Source of the DNA: Lama guanicoe
Taxonomy: Eukaryota
Length of the DNA: 64,000 bases
NCBI GenBank assembly: GCA_013239625.1
Contig: MU054323.1
Coordinates: 496,001 to 560,000 of the forward strand
Direction: 5' to 3'
The position numbers were made by a program, and so were the translations under genes. Shown piece by piece: positions 11,186 to 24,234 of the stretch. Under the pieces are notes generated by a model. It was not told the origin of the DNA. It saw only the letters and a program-made list of their open reading frames with translations, and did not search any database. Positions within the stretch are counted from its first letter, which is position 1, and each line of letters starts with the position of its first letter.

Positions 11186-12634
11186 CTCAGCACTTATGTT
11201 ATGACGTCTTCTAGAAGGCAAGTCTGTAATTATTAGTTTGCCTCTCAGTGAACCTGGGGGGATGATTTACCTTCAAACTAATGGATCTGAGTCTTCAGGG
11301 CCCCTCATCCCTTACTGGGTAAGTATACCAGGCCCCACTGAAGGTTTCTTCTCTCCTGTAATCATTTTTGCACAGGTGGCTGAATTATTGCTCTTGAAAT
11401 TCAGCTGTATTCAGGCTACTCTCCAATTTGCTGGAAGTACCAAGACATCGCCTGCAAAGATCATGAACTCAAATGCCTCCAGGCTTGGCAGGCAGCAAGA
11501 AGGTGTGAAGTGGCCTTTAGGAGAACAGTGAACTGAAAATGCCCTAACAGCATTCACGTAGGATATCAGACAACGATTGCTGTGGATCAGATTCAGCCTG
11601 CCGGAGGTGGTGAGCTTGTGAACTTGACCTAAATGGAAAAAGTCAAACATTTCACCTTTGCATCCAGGATCCACCACTGGCTTCCTCCCCAACCTTCTTG
11701 CCCACAACCACCCTGTCGGCATCTAAATCCGCCTGACGGGAGTCTTGCTTCCTTCCTCCTGGTCCTAGGTGTGCTTCCTTTTCCCTGGACCGCTTTATCA
11801 CCTGGCTGTCCTCCCCTAACTCAGATCTTATGATGTTCCCAGAGGGCAGGGGCCTGATTTTAATGTCTCCATCCCTCCCTCTGCAACTCTCGTAAAGACC
11901 CACCACGAAGGCTGGCTCATAATGGATGCTCAATGAGCCTCATGATTTGATTGATTTTATTTGGTTGTGTAATTTATGTTTCTCTTCCAGCTTCATTGTG
12001 AATGTGATCTGAAGGTTGAACTTGAAAACATCAAAATTGTTTTTCCAGTTGTTGTTTTGACTTGGGCTTTGAACGTGAAGTTATCTGGCTCATTATTATA
12101 TCCTTGCTGTTGCTCCGTCGGCCGGACACTGTTGGTCTTCACTGCCCTTTGGCTGAGTCTGCTGCTCCTCCGGTCCCCTCTGTGTGTCTGCTGTCACCCG
12201 GCTCTAAGCTCTTGGGACAGGCCCTGGGCCTCTTCTCCGGAAATTTTCCTCACTGTTTCTGACCCAGGGCAGAACACCTTTTAGATGCCCAGGGTTTTCT
12301 GATTTGTTGATTTGTTATAAGCAGGGAAGTTTGGGTCTAGGTCAAATTGTAATGGAATATTAATTAGTTTCTGGAAGAAATGCAGATTATCACAGGCTTA
12401 CCAGTTCTATCAGAGCCTTTAAGGGGGGGGGGTCCCTGAGCATCTCCTCCTGGGACCTTTGTGGGAAGATACAGCCCATGGAAAAGTTCTGAACCTTGCT
12501 GGTCTTCTGATATGGTGGGTCTGAGGGACTCTGGGATTGCTCTTTGATGCTTAGACGGATAGACGTCAGGGTCAGGAGGTCACTGAGCCTCTGTACAACT
12601 GGGGAAAAATCAGTCTTAGAACGGAGACATGACT

Positions 12635-13830
12635 TAATCATTCATTCATTTATTCAAGGAACATCGACTGAGAACCTAGAGAGGACAGAGACGGAGATTC
12701 ATGAGGCCTGCCTCATGGACTTCAGTTCTACAGATGAGAGATGGATAGAAAATGGGTTATAAGTTCTTGAAAGAGAACCAGAAGGCTGTACAGTGATGGG
12801 GGTGCCAGGAGTTGGGGAGCAGAGACCTGTTCCAAACAACAGACAGTCTGTAAAGGTGACTCTGAGAAGGAGACCTTTGAAGTGAAGTCTGGAGGAGGAG
12901 CACAGGTAGGTCAGGTAAGGAGCTGAGAAGAATGTTCTAGATAGAGGAACCAACACATAGATATGCTGAGCCAGGAAGGTGCCTGGCGTATTCTAGGAGT
13001 GTGGGTGAAATTTAGTGAATCAGGGAGAGAGAGGACATGAAGTTGGAGAGGGTGGAAGGGGCTAGAACGGGGTGGGGATACTTTGGAGGCCAGTGGAATG
13101 AGTTTGGATTTATTTTAAATGTAGTGCACAGTTATTGGAGGGTTTTGAGAATAGAACTGTTATTTTAAAAGAATCCAGCTCCACTAGGGGGAATACAGTC
13201 AAGTTGCCCATGGGTTGCTGTTGCATGTGCCCAGCTAAGAGGTGAGGCGGCTTGACGAATGGACAGACTCAGGATGTCTTGGGATCAGAGATGAGAAGAC
13301 TTGCTGAAGGATGGATGTGGAGGTGGGGGACAGGAAATTAACCAACAGAATTTGTTCCGTTTCCCCCACTTTAGTCCCCTCACTCATACTCCTTAACCCT
13401 CACATTTCTCCACGGTTGTCCACTTTGGGTCAAACCCACCATAAAAATACTCAGGTCTAACCAATGCTCTGGGTCTTCATTTCCTCATGAAGTCCCTGGG
13501 GTCACATAAAACTTATATTAAATAAATTCATGCGCTTTTCTCCTGTTAATCTGTTTTTGTCAGTTTAACTTTCAAACCCAGCCAAGGACCCCAAAAAGGT
13601 TGAGGTAAACCTTCTCCTCCCCTACAGTGGTCCATTGATTAAACTGGGGGAGACTGGAATCGGGACAGATTTGGTGATGGAAGAGGAGCAATAAATACTT
13701 TTGCTTTAGGAGCATGTTGAGTTTGAGATACCCACTGGCTTCCCAAGAGGAAAGGTCAAGCAGACAGTCAAATTTATTTGCCAGAAGCTAAAGAGAGTGG
13801 CCTGAGCTGGAGAAAGGAATGAGGACCCTG
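12635..13830 (-). mobile_element. Long L2 fragment, interrupted by an ERV1 LTR piece
   Basis: cattcattcatttattcaagga tail, then aagaatgttctagatagaggaac, gagtttggatttattttaaatg, catgttgagtttgagataccc. Confidence 0.8.
13345..13626 (+). mobile_element. ERV1 LTR 3' part (MER34/MER39-like)
   Basis: ataaaacttatattaaataaattcatgcgcttttctcctgttaatctgt...ccagccaaggacccc...ctcccctaca terminus. Confidence 0.75.
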
Positions 13831-14220
13831 TAGCAAGAAAGGCAATTTGCTTTTCAATATTCATTTCCCTTATTTCTTAGTAATAAGAACTCCTCTCAGA
13901 TTATAGATGACATCCCTCAGGTTCCCTTGTAGCTAGGCATGCCTGTTTTTGGCCACTGAAACATAATCACAGAGAATGATCCTCAAAAAAAGAGATGAGT
14001 CACTATCTTTCCCCTTCCTCTATTCTGATGTTTGAAACCTGTCTGTGATGGCTGGTGCTCTAGCAGTCATCTTGGATGTGGAGGATGAGATTCGTATCTT
14101 AGAGAGGATAAAAGAGGAAGATGGAGAAAGCTTATGTCTTTCATAATTGTCTTGCCTTTATACCAGCCCTGGATGCTTATATCTGGACTTCCTTTATAGG
14201 GGAGAAAAATAATTATTTTT
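13830..14220 (+). mobile_element. MaLR LTR (MLT1-type)
   Basis: tgtagcaag...ttcttagtaataagaactcc...cccttgtagctagg...gtgatggctggtgctctagcagtcatcttgga...tctggacttcctt. Confidence 0.7.
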
Positions 14221-14224
14221 TCTA

Positions 14225-15015
14225 TTTTTAATCTTATTTTCAAATTAACATATAATAAATATGATCTTTTGGGGGAGTTCAACGATTTTTAACACATGAA
14301 TAGATTTGTGTTGCCACCAGTACAGTTAGGACCCAGTATGGTTCCTTCCCCCCAAAACTCCCTTTTGCTATCTCATTGTAGTCACACCCCAACCTACCTG
14401 GCTGTCACTGATCTGTTCTCCATCACTATAGTTTTGTCTTTTTGAAAACATCATATAAATGGAATCACACTATATATAACTTTTTGAGGCTGGCCTCTTT
14501 CACTCAGGAAAATGCATTTAACATTTGTCCATGTTGCCATGTGAATCAAAAGCTCATTCCTTTTCATTCCTGAGTAGTATTTCATTGTATGAATGCCTAA
14601 CAGTTGGATTTTCCATTCAAATGTTTAAGGACATTTAAGTTGTTTCCAGGTCCAAGTGATTATGAATAGAGAAACTAAAAACATTCATGTAAAGATTTTT
14701 TGTGTGAATTTAAGTTTTGATTTTCCTAGGGTACATATCTAGAAGTAGGATTTCTGGTTTGACTATACAGACATAAAGTATGTATTTGCCTATAAGAAAC
14801 TGTCAACCTATTTTCTGGAGTATCTGCATTATTTTACACTTCTGGTAGCAATGGACAGGGAAATTATTTGCTCCACACCCTTGTCAGCACTTGGTATTAT
14901 CAGAGTTTTGTATTTTAGCCATTTCAGTAGGTATGTGATATTATCTCATAGTGGTTTTAATTTGCATTTCTTTAATGGCTGATGATGCTGATTATCTTCT
15001 CATGTGTCTATTTGC
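14225..15015 (-). mobile_element. L1M (L1MB/MC-type) 3' fragment
   Basis: catcatataaatggaatcacac...tcctgagtagtatttcattgtatg...ccacacccttgtcagcacttggt...gtggttttaatttgcatttctttaatggct. Confidence 0.85.
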
Positions 15016-15017
15016 CT

Positions 15018-15134
15018 GAGCTCTGAAGGGCCCCGTGCTTTGTTTTAATGCTCTGTTGTTGCCAACTTGAAATTGAACAAGGGTCCCACATTTTTATTTT
15101 GTTGTGGGTCCTGCAAATTATGTGGCCAGCCTTG
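15018..15134 (+). mobile_element. MER45A-like hAT MITE, 3' part
   Basis: gctctgaagggccccgtgctttgttttaatgctctg...gaacaagggtcccacatttttatttt...tgcaaattatgtggccagccttg. Confidence 0.75.
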
Positions 15135-15529
15135 CCTGCCCTGTGTCCAGACAGAAAATATTAAAGACAGTAACAGAACTTGGCCATCCTTCTGTACTAC
15201 TGGCTGTCCTGGCCGACAGACTGGGCCATTTATTTTTATTACGCATAAATAAGTCTTTACGATACACCCACCTTCAGAAATTCACTAGACAAACGGTCCA
15301 TCTGGAGTTGTCGGGTGGACAACACTCTTACCACCCTTTACTGTTCCTCTCTATTTCTCTAGATCTTTTTTGCTTGATTAGATCTTACCCAGTAGAACTG
15401 CAAATCGCCCATTCATAAACACAACGCGTGTCTTGGTGGTGGCGATGGTGAAGACGGATTCTGTTACTAGAAGAAGTGTTAAGGGAACACAGAGTGCTGC
15501 TCATTTTACTTATTTATTTGCAATTTTGT

Positions 15530-15640
15530 CCTCACTTAGAGCTCATTTTAGAGAAGTAGGAACTGTGTCTCAGAGAAGCTAAGTAATTTTTATAAAATCA
15601 CACTGCTAGTGAGTGAGGAAAATCCTCGTCTGGCTTCAGT
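15530..15640 (-). mobile_element. MIR fragment
   Basis: ctcattttagagaagtaggaactgtgtctcagagaagctaagtaattt. Confidence 0.6.
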
Positions 15641-16399
15641 ACCAGGGGCGGGGGCCAGGGGTGTCTTTCTGATGTTACCTGTTTGAATCTCTGATTTTTC
15701 TCTGTCGGTCAGCCATGGGTATTTTGGACATCTTTAATCATCTTTTGGATATCACAGGCAACTATTCCTAAGAAAGCTCTCGTTCGCTTTCCTATTGATA
15801 CTTGGAAGATCTTTGCTGCATTGCTAGGTGTGATCGTTGCGTCAAGTTTCGACCATCTTGGAGTGAAACACCTGGTGGAGGGCCATTATCCCATCAAGTG
15901 ATGAACAGCCATCTGAGGAGAGCTATTCATGAAGCTGGGAGTCTCTTTTCTGCTTGGAAAAGGGAGCATTGTACATTCTTCTGTTTTGGCTCATAACTGC
16001 CCTCCAAGAGGGAGGGCTGGGCAGAAGGGCCAGGGCCTTAGGCATTCTGGGAAACGGAAGCAGGCGGCCTTGGGCCATGGGCTGGCCCGCTCCGCCCTGC
16101 CCTTCACCCAGATTCCTCCCTGCTCCCCGGGCTCTTTGGGAAACTGGCTTCCGGAGCTGACACATGTTTCTTTGTCTGGCCCCAGCTGTTAGCATCTGTC
16201 TTCATTCATTAAGCAGAAAGGGAGTTCTCAGAACTGCTTCTGCAGTCTGTCGCCGTGGAGCTGCCGCACTTAGACCCTGGCAGCTCCAAATCAGAGATGT
16301 CAAAATAAGCCAGGGGGCTGGTCTGAGCTCCGCAAGCCTCAGGCTGGGGCTGGATGCCTCTCTGCTGTAATCTAGTCCCCACGACAGCCTGCGCTATAG

Positions 16400-16500
16400 C
16401 CGTCATTAGCCTCATTTTAGAGAAAAGGAGACTGAGGCTCAGAAGGTTGTGGGGAGGCTCAAAGCAGCAGACTCAGAAGAGGCAGGATCTGACCCCTGTT
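16400..16500 (-). mobile_element. MIR fragment
   Basis: cctcattttagagaaaaggagactgaggctcagaagg. Confidence 0.6.
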
Positions 16501-17819
16501 TAGCATGAGTCAAAATTCTCAGAACATTCCACTCACTGCTGTTGCTACCAACAGAAAACTGCAGCCCTCTTTTCTGCTCTTGAAAAGCTGAGGGCTTGCC
16601 TGTAGGGAAAAAAATCGTGTCATCCTTGGGGAGAACACTGGTTCTCTGGGGCCAGGCTCCTGACCATAGCTTGCCTCTCTGCTGGGAGGAGCCTCCCGGC
16701 TCAGCCGTATTGTCACCGAACATTGTACGGACGCATTCATCAGCGGGAATCCTATTTCAAACAGCTCTCCGACTCTAATGGCAGGAAGAGCGTGAACTAA
16801 GCACAGTTTAATGAATTCTGATCTCACAGGCAGAGGCTGTCTGATCAGGGACAACTGTGCTCACATACAAGGCAGGAAAAATCGCTCTGGCCTGAGAAGC
16901 GGGGATGCATTCAAATGATGCTTTTGCTGCTTCAAGATGGATCATTTGTTTTTTTAGCAAATTCATCAGAGACGTTTGTTTTATCTGTGACTCGTCCTCA
17001 TCTTTCTGGGAAAACACACCTTTTTTTCACCTGGAGAGCCATGAAGACCTCTGATCCACTCATGCCGACAGAAGGAAATGAGTTGCTTCACTTCCCGCCT
17101 AACAACGGTATCTCGAACTCTTGTAGGTTTTTATTTGAAATCTTAAACATCTTAGCAAATCCACACACATAGCGCAACCACCAAGCTGTCTTCGAGAAAA
17201 AGCCAGGGGGAAGATCGTCATTTAAATTTCAAGGAAAGGACTATGAGACGGGAGAATGGAGCATGCTTCATCCTCCTTCCTTTAAGAGCCTGGAGGTCTC
17301 CATCCTGAGATGATATCATCATCTTCTCGGTGCCGCTGTGAAGGAGAAGTGAGGGTACCACCCAGAGGGTGAAGTCTTCAGGATTCAGAGGGTGGAGTCT
17401 GCCCAGAGCCAGGATCTTACTAGGAAGTCTGCAAAGTTCTGCCCCATAAATCACCTCGTTTACACCTTACGACTGCTCTGGAGGAGGGAAAGCTGCTCTC
17501 ATTTTAAAGATGAAGCTACCATGACACAGAGCAATCAGGCAACTGGCACAGAGTCACACAGCTATCAAGGGACAGGATCAGGGGATGTCCCCACACCCCA
17601 AGTAGACCACTGACCCTCTCCAAATCCCAGCTGTCCTGTATGTAAAATGAGATGGCAGGGCTGTGTGAACACTCGATAACTTTTATTAACACATCATGGA
17701 AGCACTTGCTTTTTCTGGAAGTGAAAACTGCAGGTTTTGTTCCCCGCAGAAGGGTAGGGAGGAGGGCAGCTGAGGACGGAGGACCATGGGCCTATTCTCC
17801 CTCCATCCTTTCATTTGCT

Positions 17820-19030
17820 TGTCCACGATGTTTCCAGCACTGAGTCCAAAGCTTGGGATTCAGAAGGAGATGACAGTCACAGTCTTCTAGAAAAAACAGG
17901 CATGTTACGAACAAAACCAGTACAAATAGGAGATAAATGCTCTGAGAGATATATATACAGGGAGTTGTGGGAACAGAGAAACAGAGCAACTAACTGACTG
18001 ACCCTGAGCAAGTCATTTAAATAATTTTGGGCCTCAGCATTCTCATCTGTAAAATGGAATGGTAGTAATTTGTATTTGTGCTTTACAGAGTTGCAGGGAG
18101 TGAAGAATCTAGTCGTCTCAGCCCCTGGTATTGTGTCAGGAACTCAGTGAGTATTTAATGGATCTGAGGAGGGTTGTGCGGCTTTCTCCAAAGTGTCTGG
18201 ATTCTTCAGCCTAAAGCTTTCCTCAACAGTCTGGCCTGCAGGGAGCTTCCAGGAGGTCCTGTGCCCTCTACAAAGTGACCCCTGCCAGTCATTTTCTGTT
18301 CCTCCCTAATTTGCTTCCCCCAGGTTTTCCTGCTAGATTTTGCAGGTGCATTTGGCCTCTTCCCCCAGCAGTTAAGAGCTAGGAGTGGATAAAAGCTAGA
18401 GCTCTGGTGTCAGGCAGATATTGGCTCAAATCCAAGTTAAACCTGGGAAAAGCTGCTTCATGTCTCTGAGCCTCAGTTTCCTCGTCTGTAAAGGAGGGAC
18501 AGTGAGAATCCTTCCTGTATGGGGGCTGCAGTGAGAATCGAAGGAGTAGTGCAGGTGAAGCACTGAGCTGGTGCCGAGTCAGCTGGTGCTCAGGAAGGGA
18601 TCTTCCCCTGCTCCCTCCTCCCCCGCCCTCCTCCCACTCTGCTCACCACCTCCCTCTCTCCTGATGGCCCTCCTCTCCCTCTTCCCCTCCTTCTCCTCAT
18701 TGTCACTATTAAGTGCAAGGCCAAGTGTGGCACGATTCTCACCCTGTACTCGCCATGTTCAGTTTTGCACTTGCAAAGTGGGGTCCCCCAGCACCACGTT
18801 CAGGGGCTGGAGCCCACATTTGTTCCATCTCCCCGGAGGCCTGAAGAGAGCAGGGGACCTGGAGGCACGCTAAGGTGGGAGTTTCAGTCCCTCCTAGCTG
18901 TGTGACTTTGGGCAAGTCACTTTCCCTCTCTGAGCCTAAACTTCCCCAATGGTAAGACAGGATAATAACACCTTTCCCATAGGTTTGCAGTGAAGAGTAA
19001 ATGAGATCATCTAAGTTGGGGGCTGGATAC
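17820..19030. mobile_element. Cluster: L2 fragment (minus, ~17820-17990) and three plus-strand MIRs (~17995-18165, 18395-18600, 18880-19030)
   Basis: MIR cores ggcctcagcattctcatctgtaaaatgg, tctctgagcctcagtttcctcgtctgtaaa, tagctgtgtgactttgggcaagtcactt. Confidence 0.75.
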
Positions 19031-19104
19031 ATAATGGATTCTCCCTTCTTCTCGCTGGCCAGAAGCTCTATGCCTGTTCTGTAGAACACACAGGGCTGTA
19101 AATG

Positions 19105-19448
19105 CGGTTGGTCCTCCATATCTGTGGATTCCAAATCCTCAGATTCAACCAACCGTGGATCTAAAATTCAGAAAAAAAGTCCAGAAAGTTCCAGAATCAA
19201 AACTTGAATTTGCCATGTACTGGTAACTATTTACAAGGCATTTATGTTGTATTTACAACTATTTACATGGCACTTACATTGTATTAGGTCTTATAAGTCA
19301 TCTAGAGATGATTGAAAGCATATGGGAGGATGTGCATAGGTTATATACAAATACCACACTGTTTTATAGAAAGGACTTGAACATCCGCAGATTTTGGTGT
19401 CTGTGGGGGGTCCTGGAACCGATCTCCCACAGATACAGAGGGACAGCG
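19105..19448 (-). mobile_element. MER2/MER2B (TcMar-Tigger MITE), near full length
   Basis: cggttggtcctccatatctgtggattcc...attcaaccaaccgtggatc...ctagagatgattgaaagcatatgggaggatgtgcataggttatatacaaatacc...gtcctggaaccgatctcccacagatacagagggacagc. Confidence 0.88.
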
Positions 19449-19779
19449 ACATTCGGTCAACCCATAGTGTCGTGTCCTGGAGAGGTCCGCGTGCTTCCAG
19501 TGAGAGTCTTCCTCCAGGGAAGTCACCTCTCTGCGGCCCCTCAAATCATCTGTTCCACACAGGAGGACCCGGGGTCAGAGGAGCGTGGCTTCTCAAGAAT
19601 GATGCAGCTGAAAGTAGTACCTGGTTTGCTGGTGAAGGTGGTCTACAGGCTATGCCTGTGTCTTTGGAGAACACCTTCCAGACAATCCCTTTTATTTTGT
19701 GGGAGCCTGACATCTGTCCTATGAGTTGGGCATTTGATAATAACAGAGATGCAATGATAATAAAAACTAACAAATATTG

Positions 19780-20010
19780 AAACTTACCACGTGCCAGGCA
19801 CAGCGCTACAGCACGTCACTATCTGAAGGATGGAGAAAACGGGCTCAGAGGGGCTTGCAGCAAACTTCAGAGTAGATCTTATTAACTCCATTTTGCAGAT
19901 GAAGACTCAAAGGATAAAGAGCTGAGGGACTTATCAGAAGCCCGACTGCTCATGCCCGGAAAGGCTGGAACTTGGTCTAGGTCTGGCTTTTCTCCAGCCT
20001 CTGCTATCCG
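19780..20010 (-). mobile_element. MIR SINE(s)
   Basis: acttaccacgtgccaggcacagcgcta..., ccattttgcagatgaagactcaaag. Confidence 0.65.
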
Positions 20011-20639
20011 GTGACGCTGCCCTGGCTCTCTTAGGTAACGGAGGGAAAGGGGCTGAAGACCTGGACAACGATGGATTGAAAAGTTTGCTCTTTGATCTAA
20101 GGCACACTTTATGATTTACTTATTATTTGTCTTCCTGGATGAAGTCCTTGGATCCATGTTAGCAAGAATTCAGCTTCCTGGGGCCAGTGCCAACTCTGTC
20201 TACCAATTGCCGTGTCTTGTAGGTTTTCATTTTAATCCGTGTCCTCCCTGAGAGCCACATCTTCCTGTGAGCCGCGCGTGTCCTCCCCGTGACCCGTGTC
20301 CTCCCCGTCCTGCAGTCCCAGACCAAGCTCCGGCTCCCCACTGAAGCCTGCCTGTAGACAGACGGTCACTCCTTCCCTGGACACAAGCCTCGTGGGCACT
20401 TGAGGCTGGGTTGACCCTGGTCACGTGAGGGACTGATGACGTCCTGCCTTGAGCAGGGAGCAGTTCTCGCGTGAGTTGGGCACAGCCCCTTTCCTACCCT
20501 GCTCCCCACTGAAATCCTCTTCATATCTGCTCTGCCAGCCACATCCTGCTCCATCGCCAGGTCACCTCTCTCCCCAGGAAGCTCCTTTGGTATCCCAAGG
20601 CTGGTGAGGTACCCTTTATCTGTGCTGCTATAAATGTGG

Positions 20640-20760
20640 GCTTGTATTGTGACAACACCTGGGGCAGTGTCACGTGCCTGTCTCCTCCCTCAGACAGGGA
20701 CCTCTCTGAGGGCAAAGGTATTAGTCATCCACGTGTCCAGCCAGTTCTCAGAACAATAGG
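20640..20760 (+). mobile_element. L2 3' fragment
   Basis: gtgcctgtctcctccctcagacagggacctctctgagggcaaagg. Confidence 0.55.
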
Positions 20761-22619
20761 TGTGGCTAGCCTGGCAGGACCAGCTATGCTGGAACCCATA
20801 AACCTTGAAATCTCAGTGTCTCAGCACAATGTGGGTTCGAGTCTCACTCACATCAGTATTTGGTGTTGGATATGCAGCTCTCTCTGCCATGTTTCTTTCC
20901 ACATTGCCTGGGGGACTGTGGCCCCTTTCATGTGGCCGTGCCACCAGGAGCACATGGCTTCCTCCCCTCCCTGTGCTCACATGGGACAGTGTCAAGGCTC
21001 AGGCTCGGAGTGGCGTCTATCACTTCCACTCACTGCTTGTCCAAACCCAGCCCCGCGTCCCTGCCCTGCTGCACGGGAGGCTGGGGGATATCGAGGCGCT
21101 CGTGGGACTTTAACGGGCATGAAACGTCTTTGATGCAGGCTTAGAGAGGTGGCCTTCAGCTCAGCTGCAGGGAGACCTTCCTGATAATCAGAGAGCTTGG
21201 GATGAAACAGAGGGCTTTCTGCTCCAAGAGTCTGAGAACCGGTTAGCTGAAGGAAATAAAGTTGCTTTCCTTCTCCTCTGCCAGAGACTGGCGTTCAGGC
21301 AAAAATCAGCTTTTTGAAAACAAGGGGCCAGGCCCTGGAAACTCCGTTTAGCCCTGTCAGCCCCGAAGAAGTGCGGTGTTCCCAGCTCACAGCGGCCTTT
21401 GTCCTCTCTGAGCTCCCGAAGCCTGGAGAGGTGACTTCTTTATTCTCGGGAGCTGCTATTTATAACTTCCAAAGGACCCCTACTTCTTTGGGTCTGTACC
21501 GAGGCTCAGAAAAGCGAGTCTGCCCTCCCCCGGCGGCCTTCCCCCTGCACCAGGCCCCTCTCCCCCCAGAGCCATCCTGTAAATAAAGGATGAAAGGACC
21601 CACAATTATTACCATTCGACAACACAGGGACTGTCAAAACCAGGAGTCCCACAAAAGCCTTTACATAAATCACAGCTGATACAATGGCTCTTGGCTGAGG
21701 GGAGAGAAGCTTAGAGCCCCAGCGCTGCTGAAAGAAGGTTTGTGTTTGGGGGCAGGCTTGCCAGAGTCAGTCGCCCCTGGGGGAAGAGACGGGGGCCTGG
21801 GGTCTGATCAGAGGATGCGCCCATCACCCTGGTCAATCTGCTCGACCGACGGCAGAGGCCGCAAAACGAGAGTGAAAGCTGGGGGCAGACTCCAGATGTG
21901 ACACCTCCATGGGGCCGGATGGTCCAGATGTTTGAGACCATTCAGGTCACCACTCCATCGTCAGCAGTTCACACGCTGGCTGGGTAGAGCCATCTGCCCT
22001 GGGGGACGTGCTGGCCTGTGGTGGGGCAGCCAAGGGTGGCCGTACCCTGTGAGTCAGGAAGACAACAGGGCTCTGGGGGCTGGAGAGAGGGGTTGGCACT
22101 GGCCGGGATGCTCAGCTCAGTGAAGACTTCCTGAGGGTGAACAGGTAGGAAAGATCGCTTTCTGATAGGACCCTCCAGGGCAGAATGCTGTGGCTGAATC
22201 AGGTCCCCGCAGAGCGAGGACCATGTTTCTTGAGAATGAGTGCTCGGAGCTGGAATATGATGGTGATCTGGTTGAGGAGTCTGTTTCTGAAGCACAGGGA
22301 CCTCTTCGGGGGGGGGGGGATGGAAATTCCAGAGAAGCAGGGAGATTGGGAAGAGATTGCATATCTCTGGGCACAACAATGATTTCTTTCCAATGAGCCA
22401 CTGAGAGACATATTAAGAATTCAGTGGCATTTAACACACACTGGTGGCCCCCTTGTGCGCCATACTCCGAGCTACTCCTACTGCTGTTTCCTTTGAAGAT
22501 GAATAAGGCACTGTCCTTAAGATTTTTTGAGTCCAGGGCAGGACATAGACGCAGAACAGAGCTATAAGGCGAAGGGTCTTGTGCAGACAAACATATGCTA
22601 ATGGGCAGGGTAGCAGAGC

Positions 22620-23000
22620 CGGGGAGGCCGTGGCTCTAGAATTAAACGTCCTCATTTGACTCCCCACCCTGCTGTTCATGGGTTTGGTGATCTTGGGTGA
22701 GTCATTTAACCTGGGTCTCAATTCTATCAGAATATTAACAGAGGTTATGAGGATAAAAAGAGAATCAGAATAACATCCTGTATCTTGTTGCTGTGTGTGA
22801 GCATTAGGCTTATTTTAAATTGCTTAGATAGTGAGCAATGGTTTATAAAGCATGTTAGCATCTGTGCTCCAATCTAGTCCTACACTGACAGGGGTTTAAT
22901 CTCCCCATTTAAAAGATGAGTGGACTGAGGCTCAAAGAGGAAAGCAAGCTGATGTCCCTACGCTCACACAGCCGCGCGACAGGGCCAGGTCCTGCCCCAC
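22620..23000. mobile_element. Two MIR fragments (plus ~22620-22760, minus ~22880-23000)
   Basis: gtgatcttgggtgagtcatttaacctgggtctca; ctccccatttaaaagatgagtggactgaggctcaaagagg. Confidence 0.65.
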
Positions 23001-23987
23001 GCTTCATACCTTCTGAGGGGAATGCCACCTGGGGTTTTGGTGCTGGGTGGGGAGTGGAGTGCTCTGAACTACCGCAGAGTTCCCAGGGGATCCCTCAGGC
23101 CGCCTGGAGCCTGGCTCATGGCAGTTGGGGCCCTGAAGCAAATCAGACCTGACCCTTCCCAGAGCTGGGATCCTCCACCCAGGGGCTCCCTGAGCCTGGG
23201 CAGGAATACACAACTTTGAGCTGAAACCCCTTCTCCAGATGAGAGCAACTTGCTGGGCCCAGGGGGCTGTGGCTTGGGGCCAGCTCCCTGCCACGTGTGG
23301 CTCCTTGTGGCCCTGGGGGAGATGTGCACTTCTGGGGGTGGTGCAGTCCCCAGTGATCTCTCTGGGAGCCCAGCTGGCCTCACTCTCCCTCATCCAGGGT
23401 GGCTGCATGCCCACCAGAGCTCCCCACCACATTCTACCTCAGAGGCCCTCCTAGGTTGCCCCACAGAAGATTCTATGTGAAGGGTCCCCTTTAAATGTAT
23501 AAAGCCCTGTGCTCTTACCAGCCAGCCACAGCCTGGCATTCAGAGTGAAAGAGCCAAGAGGGGTACTTGGTGGGCCCCTAAACCACACATCCCCAGACTC
23601 CACTGAATGATCTGGGCAGACAGTGACCCTCATGGGGCGTGTGTGTGTGCCTGTGCGTGTGTCTGTAGTGCAGGATTCTGCAAATTCTTTGTGAGGCCAG
23701 AGTTGATGGGGGAGGGGTAATGGAGGCACCTGTAAGCATCTTGAGGCCACCAGGTAGACTTGAGAAGCAAGGGAAAGAAGGAGAAAGAGTTTATAGACAC
23801 TAACGAGGGTCCGATTCTAGGAACAAACCCTGGAAGTTGTCACCCTAGTTACATCACAGATGGTGCCCTAGCGCCGCCTTCAAGGAGAAAGTCCGGCTGC
23901 GATTCTGGGGGCCGCGTCTGAGCTGGTCCCGGAGGCTCTTGGCGAGAGGACAACCCCTCCGCAGAGGACATATCCTGGACAGGCAGT

Positions 23988-24234
23988 GCAGTGTTTGTCA
24001 GACGGTAGCTGTGACTCGTTAGTGGGTCCCGATGTCAATTTGGTGGGTCAAGATCTGCAACTCAAAATCTAGAATGGTGTACAATAGAATAGAAAATAAA
24101 GCGCATTGCACATAGAAAGGTCCACATTATTGCAGTCAAACGCTGTGATTCTAGACCTATAGTGAGATCTGATATAACATGTATATTTTATGGTCTGATT
24201 AAGAAAATGTTTAAATCTCCACTGTGGTGTTTCA
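23988..24234 (+). mobile_element. MER112-like hAT-Charlie MITE
   Basis: cagtgtttgtcagac...ttagtgggtcccgatgtcaatttggtgggtc...aatagaatagaaaata...gcattgcacatag...ccactg, with CAGTG/CACTG inverted ends. Confidence 0.7.

Noticed and set aside
13178..13196. CTCF-like CCACTAGGGGGAAT
   Set aside because: Lacks the conserved C after the G-run and sits inside an L2 remnant
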